64,000 bases of DNA from Camelus ferus (lineage: Eukaryota): contig NC_045696.1 in the NCBI RefSeq assembly GCF_009834535.1, positions 104,100,001 to 104,164,000 on the forward strand, written 5' to 3'. This document shows, one piece after another, positions 26,385 to 38,600 of this stretch (positions are counted from its first letter, which is position 1; every line of letters begins with the position of its first letter). The translations under genes and the position numbers were made by a program. The notes under the pieces were generated by a model. The model saw only the letters and a program-made list of their open reading frames with translations, ran no database searches and had not been told where the DNA came from.

Positions 26385-26578
26385 CTATCCATTGAGCAGG
26401 TAGACCACCAATTCATAGGTGGCCATCATAATGGCTGTGTTTGGAATCTGTCTCACCAGATGAGTTGTCAGACCACGGTAAAGAGACCCATAGCCTTCTT
26501 CTTGAATAAGCAAAGATAGTGTCTGGAAAAAAGATCTGTATTTTGTTCCCTCTTCACGTAGTCTTGTTCTAACAACTT
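26385..26578 (-). CDS. SLC25A36: SLC25A36 coding exon 7 ([21 protein letters not shown]...[10 protein letters not shown])
   Basis: Inside ORF 26385..26618. Acceptor CATACAG|AAG. 194 nt ending in TAG. Total CDS is 936 nt = 311 aa. Confidence 0.97.
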
Positions 26579-27889
26579 CTGTATGGGAAAAAAATAAAGC
26601 CATTTTATTTAAACACAAATGATATCTTTACATCCTCCTAATACTGAGCATATCCTATTTATCAAACTAAGTGTGAACTTACGATAAATGAGGAGTGATT
26701 TTTAATGTGTAACTTACTGAAACTAGTTATTATAATAATACAAACTCCTGAGATAGCTGGCTAAAATCATATGTACTAATTATAAAATTTCATAGGCTCC
26801 TGAATGGTAAAAAATAGAATGAAACAAAAGTATCAGTTGTATACTGGATAAATACAAAGGAGAACAGACGTGATTTTTTTAAAAAAGGTGAAGCAGGAAA
26901 GAGAATGGAGGTGGTATGAAAGAAGAATACAGAAATACACAGTGAGAAACAAGCAGAAAAGATTTCTTAATAGTGGGTATTACAATGAGAAAAAAGAATT
27001 ATTAATTTATTCACAATGATCCACATATACCAACATGAAATTTCATGAGAATAAGGCTCAAAATGTTTAAAATACTGGCTGTCAGCTAAGAGGCCCCTTC
27101 TGAAAAGCAAAAAAAATCATAAACCTTTAGAGCTGAGAGGGATCTTAAACTTTTTCAACACACTACTCCTTACTGGCCCGAGGGAAATGACTGAAAGTAA
27201 CTTTCACTGCAAATGTTAATATTTGAAATCTCTTACGTCCTCTCTCTTAAAAATCCATGCCATTTATATATTCCACTCCAAAATATTCTGCTTATAAACT
27301 GTACCTCTTCTTATAATGACGTCACCTCTCTTGAAGGGACAGGGTGCTTTACGACTCCAAAACTCTTTCTCACCCGAGCAGATCACCATCTAGTCCTCCC
27401 ACAGGAGGTCAGAAGCTACTCAATGCTGCTAGTACTATTTTGACTTCTCTTAAAGAAGTTTAGGAACATGCCTCAGTAAACTGGGGTTACTTGGAAGTCC
27501 AATTTGGGTAAAGAGTTGGTTTTATTTGTAAATTACATTTTAGAGCAAATACTCATTTTCTAGCCCTATTTCATTTTTCCTGATTGGGGCTTTAATCACA
27601 GAGCATTAGCTTTACAAGGATCAATGTAAATATTAATTAGCATAACAAAAGTGAACCACTAAGATTAAAAACCCAAACCAAGTCAAACTTCAAACATACC
27701 AAAATCAAAGGCTACACTTAAACAAAACAAAAAAAGTTACAAAAAACCCTCAGCATGTTGCAGGCAAACTCTTAAGTGATTTTCCCAATTATTAATGAAA
27801 TAGGCTAATACTGTAAAACTTAAAAGACAGAAATTTTAAAAAACCATTCATATATACTTATTTGCCATCATGAAACAATGTAAAATAGC

Positions 27890-28170
27890 TTGGTTTTTGG
27901 GATTACAGACTTCAATTCAAATTTGGGCTTCACCACTGAGTAAGCTATGTGACCTTAAGCAAGTTACTTAATCTTAACATCTTTGGTTTCCCATCTGAAA
28001 ATGAAGTTAATTCTGGTTATGTTCTGGCATACCTACATTTAAATAGAGAAGATAAGTACTTTGCAGGATTTCTGTGCAGATTAACAATAATGTGTATCAT
28101 ATATATATATGTGTGTATATATATACACACACACGTAATAATATAAAACATCTAGTATAGGACCTACATC
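27890..28170 (+). mobile_element. MIR SINE in intron 6
   Basis: agctatgtgaccttaagcaagttacttaatc...tttcccatctgaaaatg. Confidence 0.7.
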
Positions 28171-28479
28171 CATACTTTTTTTAAAAAACAGAAATTTGCC
28201 CAAAAGTCACCTGGCTGCAATCTCACTGACTCTGGGCTGAAATCTGATTGTCCAGAGCCCATGCTAAATCACCACCATGTTACTACAGCATACACATACT
28301 GACCTATTAAAATGGCCTTATGTGACTTATACATATTCAATCCCATTATGATGAACTGCATTTTGTTATACTGGAATTCGGGGAAATTATCAACGTTCTA
28401 GTAAGTGGGCCATTGGCTGGGGTGGGAAAAGGTTTCTGAATTAACAGATTATATATTATATACACTCGACTCTTCTTAC

Positions 28480-28769
28480 CATGTGGATATGCTATAGTCG
28501 TGGCACATGTTTTTGAGGTGGCAGCAGCTAGCATCATTCCCACAAAATCTGATGCTTCTTTTACAGACTCTTCTTCATTTTCCATCGTAGAAGCAATCTT
28601 ACATTCCAGTAGTTTTTGCTTAATACTTTCATAAATAACAAAATGGATAACAGTCTCTGATATGCCAGCATACGAAGCAGACATGCCCCTATAAAATCCT
28701 CTAAGTCCATCTGTCTGATACACCTTACGGACACATTCAAAAGCGCCCATTCGCTTTTCCCCACGGTTC
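28480..28769 (-). CDS. SLC25A36: SLC25A36 coding exon 6 ([28 protein letters not shown]...TIAYPH)
   Basis: Inside ORF 28346..28780. Acceptor TTTTTAG|G and donor ATG|GTAAGA. 290 nt. Confidence 0.97.
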
Positions 28770-29523
28770 CTAAAAAGCAAAAAGGAAAAATCTTATTAAC
28801 ATAAGTAAAGTAGTACAGTTTTTTAAATAAAGTAAATAAAATATAGTAGAAGTATGCCACTCTAATAATGACCCTCTAATTCATGAAGTGAAATCAGAAT
28901 TTTAAAATATTCATTTTAGATTTCCTTTTCTTTTATTCCAAATTTGTCATATTAGATAAGTAACATGTAAGTAGTTTAATTTACTGAATACAAAATACAC
29001 TACACTGAATCTTCAGTTTCACTGAAGTTTGTATTATATGAATAACTAACAAAATCCTTTAGTCCAAACAAACTGTGACTGCAGCTCACAAAACAAAACA
29101 AAACAAAGCAAACAAAAGCCCCTTACATTATATTAAATCCAGTTCTAATTAGGTTAAAAAGATTTTTTTTCTTGCATTTAATAATATATTAAAAAGAATG
29201 ACTGAGACACTAATGATAATGGAGTATCATAAAGCAAGGAGTACAATTAAACTAATCTCAGGGCACCTGAGGGATTCTTCTAACCTCACCCAGTTCTTCC
29301 TAAAAAGTGACTGGGTGAATTTAAGTCAAATTCCCTCTGATCCTTTGAAGGCAATAGCTGTATCTTTTCATCTCAGTGAATAATGAATTAGGACCTCAAC
29401 AGTTTTCAAGTAATTGTGAGTTGTAAAAATATTTATTACCTTCACTATGATTCCCTCATTAAGGAAATCTGAAAGAAATGGGTTTAAATGCTATCCACAG
29501 TGAAATGGAAAATTTAACTTTTT

Positions 29524-29803
29524 TTTAATTGAAGAATAGTCAGTTACAATGTGTCAGTTTCTGGTGTACAGCACAATGTCCCAGTCATGCATATACCTAC
29601 ACATATTCGTTTCCATTAAACATTATTGTAAGATATTGAATTTAGTTCCCTGCGCTATACAGAAGAAACTTTTTTAAAATCTATTTTTTATATATAGTGG
29701 CTAACATTTGCAAATCCCCAATTCCCAAATTTACCCCTTCCCACCCCCTTTCCCCAGTAACTGTAAGATTGTTTACTATGTCTGCGAGCCTGTTTCTGTC
29801 TTA
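29524..29803 (-). mobile_element. Young 5'-truncated L1 3' end with perfect TSD
   Basis: T-tail followed by L1 3' UTR sequence, flanked by direct repeat GAAAATTTAACTTTTT at 29508-29523 and 29804-29819. Confidence 0.85.
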
Positions 29804-31480
29804 GAAAATTTAACTTTTTAGAAATTATACACAATCTGTTTCTGACATAACAAAGTAAAATCACAACTACGATACCTACTTGATAAGCTGCAGATTCCTC
29901 CTATTTTATGAATTAATAATTGTCTTGAACTAATGAATGTCCTCAACTAATGATACTGAATAAATACCTTCTTAGTTGAATGATCCATGCAACCAACTGT
30001 AATAAGTTTCTGCCATCAGATCCTTTCTCATAAGAAAGTTAAAAGAGCTATAAGCCCTAAAGGGTAACATGCAAACAGCCTTGCCGTTAATCTCAGTGTT
30101 GTAAGTTAGCATCCTCAAATCAATCTTTCACTATTACCTCAGCCTCTATTCCCTACCCCCAGGCCTAAGAAATTGTGCGGGCTTGTGTTACAATTATAAG
30201 TGAAAAAATAGTATCAAAGAGTTTTAAGCCATGCTTTTCCTGGATCCCCTACAAATCCACCTATCACATACCGGAGCATACCCCTGGCAGTTTATAACAG
30301 TATAATATGGACTGGCATCTCATGCTTTTTAACTTTTGTGTTGTCTTATCTACCATTGCCTTTCAGATCTTTGGTTTTAAGAAATAAACTCGAGTTTTGT
30401 TACAACACTCGAAGATTTCATTAAAAATTATTTCACCTGAAATAAAATCAGACATTTTCTTTTCAAGTCTCCAAACAGCATATAGTCCAACATGACAGAA
30501 TGTGGAAAACTGATATTTAAGCAAGCATAATTGTTAATGATTTCTTAGAACAGTTTTATCTATAATCTACAAGATCTAACGTTACGTTTCCCAAACCCTA
30601 AAATATTAAAAACAATGAAAATTTGTTACACACAATCTACTTCAGACGGAAAGGCTAATTAGACAGTTTGAAAACTATTAACATTATTATTATAATACAC
30701 CAGATAGAATCACTTCTCTATGTAAAGCATTTCCTTTCCCCCATCCTCCATTCTAAAGGCATACAGGAGTTAAGATGGCAGGACTCTAAGCTGCACTGCT
30801 TCCAGCCTTTTCTCAGTTCTCAGAACACACCAAAGGCTCTCAACTTAGGACGTGTGAGGTCTGTGCTATTGTCTCTGCTTAAAAAGGCTCAAAAAACTAT
30901 TCCTTGATTATTCCATAGAAAGTTGGTCCCCACTGTTTCCTGGGCTACTTCTGGAACCATCCAGTACTTGCTCAATATAGATATATTGAATGAATGAGTC
31001 TTGCTGCCGTAAGATGGTTGGTGGTAACAAACGAAGTCTATGAATACATGTGAGCTAAATCCCATGCCAGGACTCTCTGTGTATAAGGTTACTGAATTTG
31101 AGCAACGATCCTAAGACTCAGTCTAGACTCACTGATCATGTAAGTTTATGTAGGTGTTGGGAGGCAGACTATAATCACCTATGGGGTGAAGTATCACTGC
31201 CTGGGTGGGCTAGATTACGTCCTTTTCATTTCTTCTTCTTTTATTGAAAAACAATGCATAGTATATTTCTTCCCTGGAACTCTCACACTGTCAACTATTA
31301 TACCACCCTTGCTTCTGATGGTAGACCCAAGCTTCAAAAACAACCCCCCCCACCCCAGTTCACCAGCAAAAGACAGGAAAAACTTGGTTAGATACCAGGC
31401 ACTGAAATCTGATATAAATTTATAGAAAAAATTTTGTTGAATCCAAGTTTAATGAATTTTGTTTTAATGAATTAACATAC

Positions 31481-31547
31481 CTTGCATCAAGCTGTAACCG
31501 AGTCTTTATAAGCCAAATGGGGTTGGTTGCTGTGATTGCGGTAAAAC
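31481..31547 (-). CDS. SLC25A36: SLC25A36 coding exon 5 ([22 protein letters not shown])
   Basis: Acceptor TTTGTTTAG|G and donor AAG|GTATGT. 67 nt. Signature 2 is PIWLIKTR, with W in place of D/E, as in the pyrimidine/folate carrier subfamily. Confidence 0.96.
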
Positions 31548-34500
31548 CTAAACAAACATGTTTAAAATGAACTCTGGTAAAAATGAAGAACACACTACTG
31601 ACTTCAAGGTTTTTAAAATAATATACGTCTATATTAAAGAAAATGTATATAAATATTTAAACTATCAATTCATGTATCCTTTACACTTTAACTTTATAAA
31701 TCCATTCAGCCATGAACAGCTATACTTTATTTCCAGTCTACATTCTCAAATTCTGACCATAACTAAAAGATTCTTTTAAGAGCAAAATCTGATTGTATAC
31801 AAATTCCTCTCCCATCATATTCAGACTATTCTCTAGGGCACTCTCTACTCTCTAAGCTAAATTTAGAAACCCATTTCTACAGACATCCACATAGAAATTT
31901 TGTGTGTTCTAGGGCTTTTCAGCATGCAAACTGTACAACAGCTACCCGGGGTCCAACTAACATCACAAATCACTATGTTCAAAATGGAGTCTACATAAAC
32001 GTCAGCATTTACCAATATCTGTTCTTAAGTTGACTGTATAACAGAAAGAATTGTTGTTTGGCCCTATGAATACTTTATACAAATACACACTTACTAATAC
32101 TGTTAAAATAATGGTATCACAGAGATAAGGTTTCTGTTAGGATTAATAGGACAGATTTTTTCATTCACTTAAAAACATACAAAAACTCAAAAGTTCAAAA
32201 AGTTATAAATCTCACTTTTATAGACACTGAGGAGAGAAACTTAAGGTAGAAGGCAGTTCGAGTTTACTTTAAAACTGGAGTACTATGTATTAACTATCGG
32301 TGCGAAAGGGTGGTCCCCTAAGATGGCTCATTCCAGGTAGTAAATTAAGATCTCTGGAACAATATGCTTCTAGCCTAGTGCGTATCTTTTACTTGTTATC
32401 TTTCTAGTGTTATGAAAAAACAGAAGCACATGAAATGCAATCTTGATGACAGGAAGTTATAAAGATTGCTTCATCTATACAAAACAGGGTATTAATATAT
32501 GGCTTGTAAATATTTAAGATCAGCTACACAAACTTCATAGAGCTACTTACAACGAGGTTACATTTATTCAGTTGGCATTTAAATTCAGTGAAAACTTATA
32601 TGCAGAAATGTCTAAGGATCTTAACTGCTTTTATACTTTTTGTCGAATACTAGCAAGTCAAGCACGTTATTTTTAGGAAGGTTTTGAAATATAAGCAGCA
32701 CATTTAATATGAATAAAGTACTTCTAGGAACAAAAATGCTATGGTGCACTTAGGAATAATTTGTTTTTTTTAGTTAACATATAGTGGAGAACTAATCATA
32801 AAACTTTCTTGGCTTTCAGAATTAGTATGGCTATATGTCTACAAATGCATAATAATTTTACTACATTGTCTACAAAGTGGAATTTAGTCTCACAGGTTCT
32901 TTTCCTTTCTATAATGTCAGATAATTAGCTAACTCAAATTTTACTCCCTTAATCCAGTTTTAATACCATAGAAATAGCCAGCTGTTCCACAAAAAGATGC
33001 TTAAATTGAATCTATTTATCAAGCAAGATAAATGAAATAAAAATTAGGTTTGATAACTCCTTTAATAATTTTGTAATGGTTATATAGTCTCCATTTCTCT
33101 TAAGTGCTTTTAATACTACATACATATATACATACACATAAAACTAGAATGGGACCAACAATTTTGTAAGCAGCAGCCAGTACTAAAATAATAAAAACTT
33201 AACATGTTGGACAGGGTGTCAGGAACATGTCTTAAAAAAAGGTTCTTTTCATGTATATATTCTTGGTAAAAGGAAAGAGAAAAATATTAAACTGATCAGT
33301 TTAAAATACTTTGTTTGAAAAAGATTTTTCTTGCATGGTCTGGCTTAATTGAGAATAGAGTTATGGAGTACTGTATTTTTTTTTCCTTTTGAACCTCATT
33401 TTTCTATGTGAAAGTCAAGCTAAAGATATTCAAGTTTTATTTTAAAGCTACTATACACCAGACATCAGTATTCTGGTCATACCTCTGACTTAATGATTTT
33501 TCATTTTAAACTTCAATATTTGTATTAGCTAAATGTCTATAAGTAATATTAGGAGTTTATTAATAAAAAGCCACCAAGCAGAACCAACCAACAAAATTAT
33601 CTTTATCTGCATTACTCACAATGGTTTTTATTAATTATTCTGTGAAAATTAAGAAAAAACATTTCCTTTTTATTAAATTTTGAAAGCCTAAAACTGGGAA
33701 TGCTTATATCAAACTTTTTAAAAAACAGCCTGTCTAGGTAAAAGCCTCAATTTATTATACTTCATTTGAAAAGAAAATGAGAATCAAAGCTTTTTTTTTA
33801 AAAAAAAAAATAGAAGTTCTATTTCTAAAAATATAAACTTAATACCCAAGCTTAACACTTTCAAGTCATAAAGTCCCTCAATTAGAGGCTGGAAAAAGCC
33901 CTATATATGTGAATTTTAAAATATTACATTAAATATTTATAAATATTACTAGGAATAAATTTTAAATACTCATAAATTATAGTTTTAATTATCCTCCGTA
34001 CAGGTTAATAAACAATGACAGGAAGCAAGCAACAGGTATTTCTCACTTAACTAAAATTCATTTCCAGACACAAACTGACCTATGGAACACAACACATTAA
34101 AATTTAGGTAAGTGAGAGAATGCTGTCGTCTTATCCCTATATAGCTGCTATTATCCGTAACCTGTGCTCGCTATAGCTGTTTTGGCTCAACTTTCCCAGT
34201 AACAAGCTAGCTCTTAATAAAGACACTAGCCTAACTGCCAGCGAACCATTAAGTTAGATAAAGAATCTAGGCATAATCTACAGGATTAACTATTTGTCCT
34301 TTACCAGGTGGTCCTTGGGCTTTATGCTATTTCATTCTCTTAACCAAAGATACTCTAATAATTTATGGAGACAGCAGTAAGCTAATTAAATCTAGAAAAA
34401 TATAACCTATTAATTCAAAAAACAAAACAAGCAGGAAGAAACAAAATTTTACCACTAATTTAGAATTATGTATGGTAAGGCAATTTGAAGTTAACAAAGA

Positions 34501-35561
34501 GCCAAAGCTAAACATATCTTCCTACTTCTTCTAAAAACTTCTTCACAAAGATACTGGGAATGGTGCCCTGTGAAATTTAGAAATTTCCTATTATTTTTAT
34601 TTTGGTACTTAAATTTTGTGACATTCTGACAATATGCTATTTTATATTAATATTCTGAGCACCCTGTTAAACATTAAAACTGACTTACAAGTATATGAAT
34701 AATCTATCTGTAGGTTAGTCAGTTAAAGCAAAATGGCAGTAAATTGGCCATATTGTTAGTAGTATGGTTAATATTTTATTAGAAAGCTTTAAAAAACTTC
34801 TAAAACGCAATTTTTAAAATTTTGCTTCATCTAAGACTTCATTCGATAATTTAAACCAATTAAAAACCAGATTAATAGAAATCCTGCTTATAGTAAATTT
34901 GTTGAAAATGTTTATTTCATTAAGTGAGTGATACCTGTATTACTGCATTTTCAATACTTTTTATTTCAATTAATTTCTGTAAGAACAAAACCCACCTAAC
35001 TTTCTAGGAGAAATATATTAAAACTACTTAAAAAAAAAACTGAATTAAAACTAAAACAACTAAGATCCCATATATTCTTATCCCGTATTTGGAAAGTAAT
35101 GGTAGGTATTAAGATCAATGTTTTTGCAAGATAGTAGAAAGTCAAGTATCAACAGACAAGAGAATAGAAAGTACTGTATTAGACTTTAAAAATATGTTAT
35201 GCTAAGCAAAGAGAACTATTTTGTCTAAAAGCTGTAGAACGGTATGATACCATTTATAGCTTTGTAAATCTTAAATACTGTTAAGGAATTCTTTGGAGGT
35301 CAAGGCTACTATGGCCAAGCTAAAGACCCCAGGCTTTTATTACACGATGAGACTGAAAAGTTACCCCATTCTTCCTTCTATAGAAGGAATAGTATAAAAG
35401 AATTAGAATTAAAGTTTTATAAAATACTAAGATAATGCACACACAAATTCAGGAAATAAAAATTCATTTCCCGCCTTCTATTAATTCCACAGCTATTATA
35501 AATTCCCAGGGTGTGTTTCTTATAACTAGAGGCTGCAAGAGATGCTCAGATCAGTACTCAC

Positions 35562-35664
35562 GAGGTTTAAGTTAGTCCATATTTCTACAGGAAGTGACCT
35601 GCGGATGGGGAGCATGAGATGACACGATCTCACTCTTTTCTCGGGAGAAATGTACAGTAAATGC
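35562..35664 (-). other. SLC25A36: Candidate poison (NMD) cassette exon in intron 4
   Basis: Acceptor TGTGTCTATTTTAG|GCATTT and donor CTC|GTGAGT. 103 nt. After exon 4 it reads GIYCTFLPRKE*, with TGA at 35630-35632. An internal acceptor CCCCATCCGCAG|G gives a 37-nt form (35562-35598) that also stops. Confidence 0.7.
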
Positions 35665-38600
35665 CTAAAATAGACACAGGCTTTTCTGTATCATAACAAC
35701 AAGCAGTGACCTCATCAGAAACATGTGTACAAAATGAATCCCATTGGAAGGATTTGAGAAATATTTACTGTGAGATCTAACTTTTTTGAAAATTTTAAGT
35801 TAAAAAAGAAAAAGAAAGGACTATCAGAATGGGCCATAGTTTTTTAAAAAATGCACCGAGTACTGAAAATTCTGCCATCTGTAGCAGTTTCAGAGTCCAT
35901 ATACTTACCTAAAAGAAGACCAATTTTGACTTAAAGAAAAAATGCTAACCTTGTCAAAGGGGAATCTAAGAAAATACTTAGAGGGGATCATCATATCCCA
36001 TTTTCCTACCATTATTATCTACCATGATCAGAGTTCAAACCACAATTTTTTATTCTTTAACAATCATTCTACTTAGTAAATCTTTTTAAAAAATTCAAGT
36101 AACTTCATTTTGTAACTGTAATAAAAAAAAAAAGCACAGGTTGCTACAATAGCACCTCCCACCTTTTGCACTATGATCAGTAATATTGCACATCCATTTT
36201 TATGAAATATTTTGGGTATTTTGTATTTACTTTCTTGTGTTCTACAAAACAAAAAAACAGGGAGAATGTTTACACACAAACATACAAAACATCTGTCTAA
36301 CCATCCATCTTGCTGAATAAACTGCCATGGACAAAGTATTTTTTAAAATATTTTATATGTGTAAGACAAAATTTCTATTTAATGAGTAAAAATTTAAACT
36401 TTAAATCAAATAGAAAAATGTATCTTGAAAATTAACAGTAATACCATAAGCAAATAAAACCCACCAGCTATGTAGTGCTAAACAATTATATTAGTGACAT
36501 TTTAAAAAACTGAGCAGTCACTCTGAGAATATATAATCCAATAAAAAACAGAATTCATTTCCTTTAAATCTGTACTGTTTTATATAAAAGCCTGTAAATT
36601 TCATATAAAAATTTTTGAAAATTGAGAGTTACAATAAAGAAAAAAATTTAATTCTATTTCTGTATACACACCTGTGTCCAGGTGTATATAGAAGGATACA
36701 CAAATTCATTTAAACAGAAACACACAAATAGTCTCAAGAAAACAAGTACCTTCAAGAGCTAAGATATACTTAAGTTTGACAAAGTTCATATGTAGGAGTG
36801 AAAAAAAAAAGGCAGGTAAAACAGAGTCATCATTACTCAATTTGATTATACAGCCTCACAACTGGAAAAAAATTTTCAATGCATGAAAGTTTATAGATCA
36901 AATTCTTATAGTATTCCCTTGAAACATTAAAAAAAAAAAAAGGAAAATAAGACCCCCTTTAAATAAACTGTCTTTTTAATAAAAAATGGCTTAGTATCTA
37001 AACATTCGAGTTCATATGGATAACATGCACAATGCAAGTGACTTGAGAGGTTACTTGGAATAAAAATTATATACAAGGTATGTTACTAAATCTGTGACGT
37101 GTGTGCTGTTTGATGTGGCAAAATCCGGCAGGCAATATCATTAATGATGCATTTTAGTGTATTTTTGATACTAAAGTGACAAGGTTAGCATTTTTTTGGA
37201 ATAGACAGTTAAAAAATAATTTTTCACATGACTGCCTCTAAGCGCTTTGCACTCTCAATTCGTATTTAGAAGACCTCTGAAATGATCCTGGGGAAAAACC
37301 AGTACAACTTGGTCTAGATTATTACAAGAATGAAGGGGGCAAAAGGCTACCTTAATGAGTCTGCATGGGACCATTCAGTTTCACCAATCATGTAGTTATG
37401 TATAAAAACTGCAAAGCTAAATGTTAATGCTTGTGAATAGTGCAAGGAAGCTCTGAAGGCACAATTCTCAGAACATTTTCAGAAAAACTGCAAACAAATG
37501 GAAGAAGTATTTTCAAATTACACAGGAAGAGTATAGTGCAATATTCTCTGAACAAGTATAAGACTATCAATTTACCAAAATTCAAGGAATTCAAGTTGGG
37601 AAATAGTATCAATGTATAGATAAAAACAGAAAACTATGAGTTAACATTCATACATATTTGAGAAAAAAAAAGTACAAAATGTAATTCCACTGAAAATCTT
37701 TGGAATGTGACATACAGTAATAAATTCTAATGAGACAGTCTAAAGAAAAAAGATGTTCCAGTGGGAACTGAGATATTCTGAAACTCTAAATTTGCAATAC
37801 TGAATATATAACTATCCTCAACTTAAAATGATTGCTCATCTACTTTCTTGATTTCAGTTCTTTCAAAAAAGAAAGATCAACATTTCTTTGTAATTTTCTG
37901 GGGTTAAAAACAAAAAATAAACACTGAACAATTCAGAAATATACTGTTAAAGATCCTAATATACTGGTTATATGGTTTGAAATTAGCCACTAACTTCTAC
38001 ACTCAAATTTGTAGAAGTAAAATCATAACTATTTGTATCCAACACCTGTAAATGTACATTAAAAAATAATTCTGGTTGTAACTAGATGATCTCTATGGTA
38101 CTAAAGAATTAATTTTCAAAACACAAATCTATGTAGAGCAACCTACTCATTCCAAGGATAAGGTAATAAAGATTCACATAAATTATGTAACTTGCCCAAG
38201 ATCTCTCTTCATTGGTAAATAAGAATATTTTACCATCTTGTACTTTGAAGTTTTACCTTCCAGCTCTAAAACTTCAATGAGTCAGTCAACAATTACTAAA
38301 TATAAAAAGCCATGAAAACAATTTATAAGATAGAAGCTAGATTTATTATAAGGCTATTGACCTTTCAGATATCAGTATTTCAAACTTACACTTAGTTCGT
38401 TAAGTATGTGGTTCAAATTGATCCATTTTATTTCTAAACAGAAAATGGTTAACAGTTTAACGCACTCATTATTAAGCACATAATTGACACTCAATTTATT
38501 GATCAACAGTTGATAAAAGCAGTTATAATTTGCTTTATAAAGTCACAGCATAATTTGGAAATGTGAAGGTATGGTTAAATATGCAACATATCTCAGAAAA

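Noticed and set aside
28346..28479. In-frame read-through of exon 6 (GKKSRVY...) as an alternative C-terminus
   Set aside because: A strong donor G|GTAAGA is present at 28480, and the extension would lose the rest of carrier repeat 3. Nothing in the sequence supports its use.
34100..34115. TTTAG|GTAAGT motif in intron 4
   Set aside because: It is on the + strand, antisense to SLC25A36, and there is no evidence of an antisense transcript.
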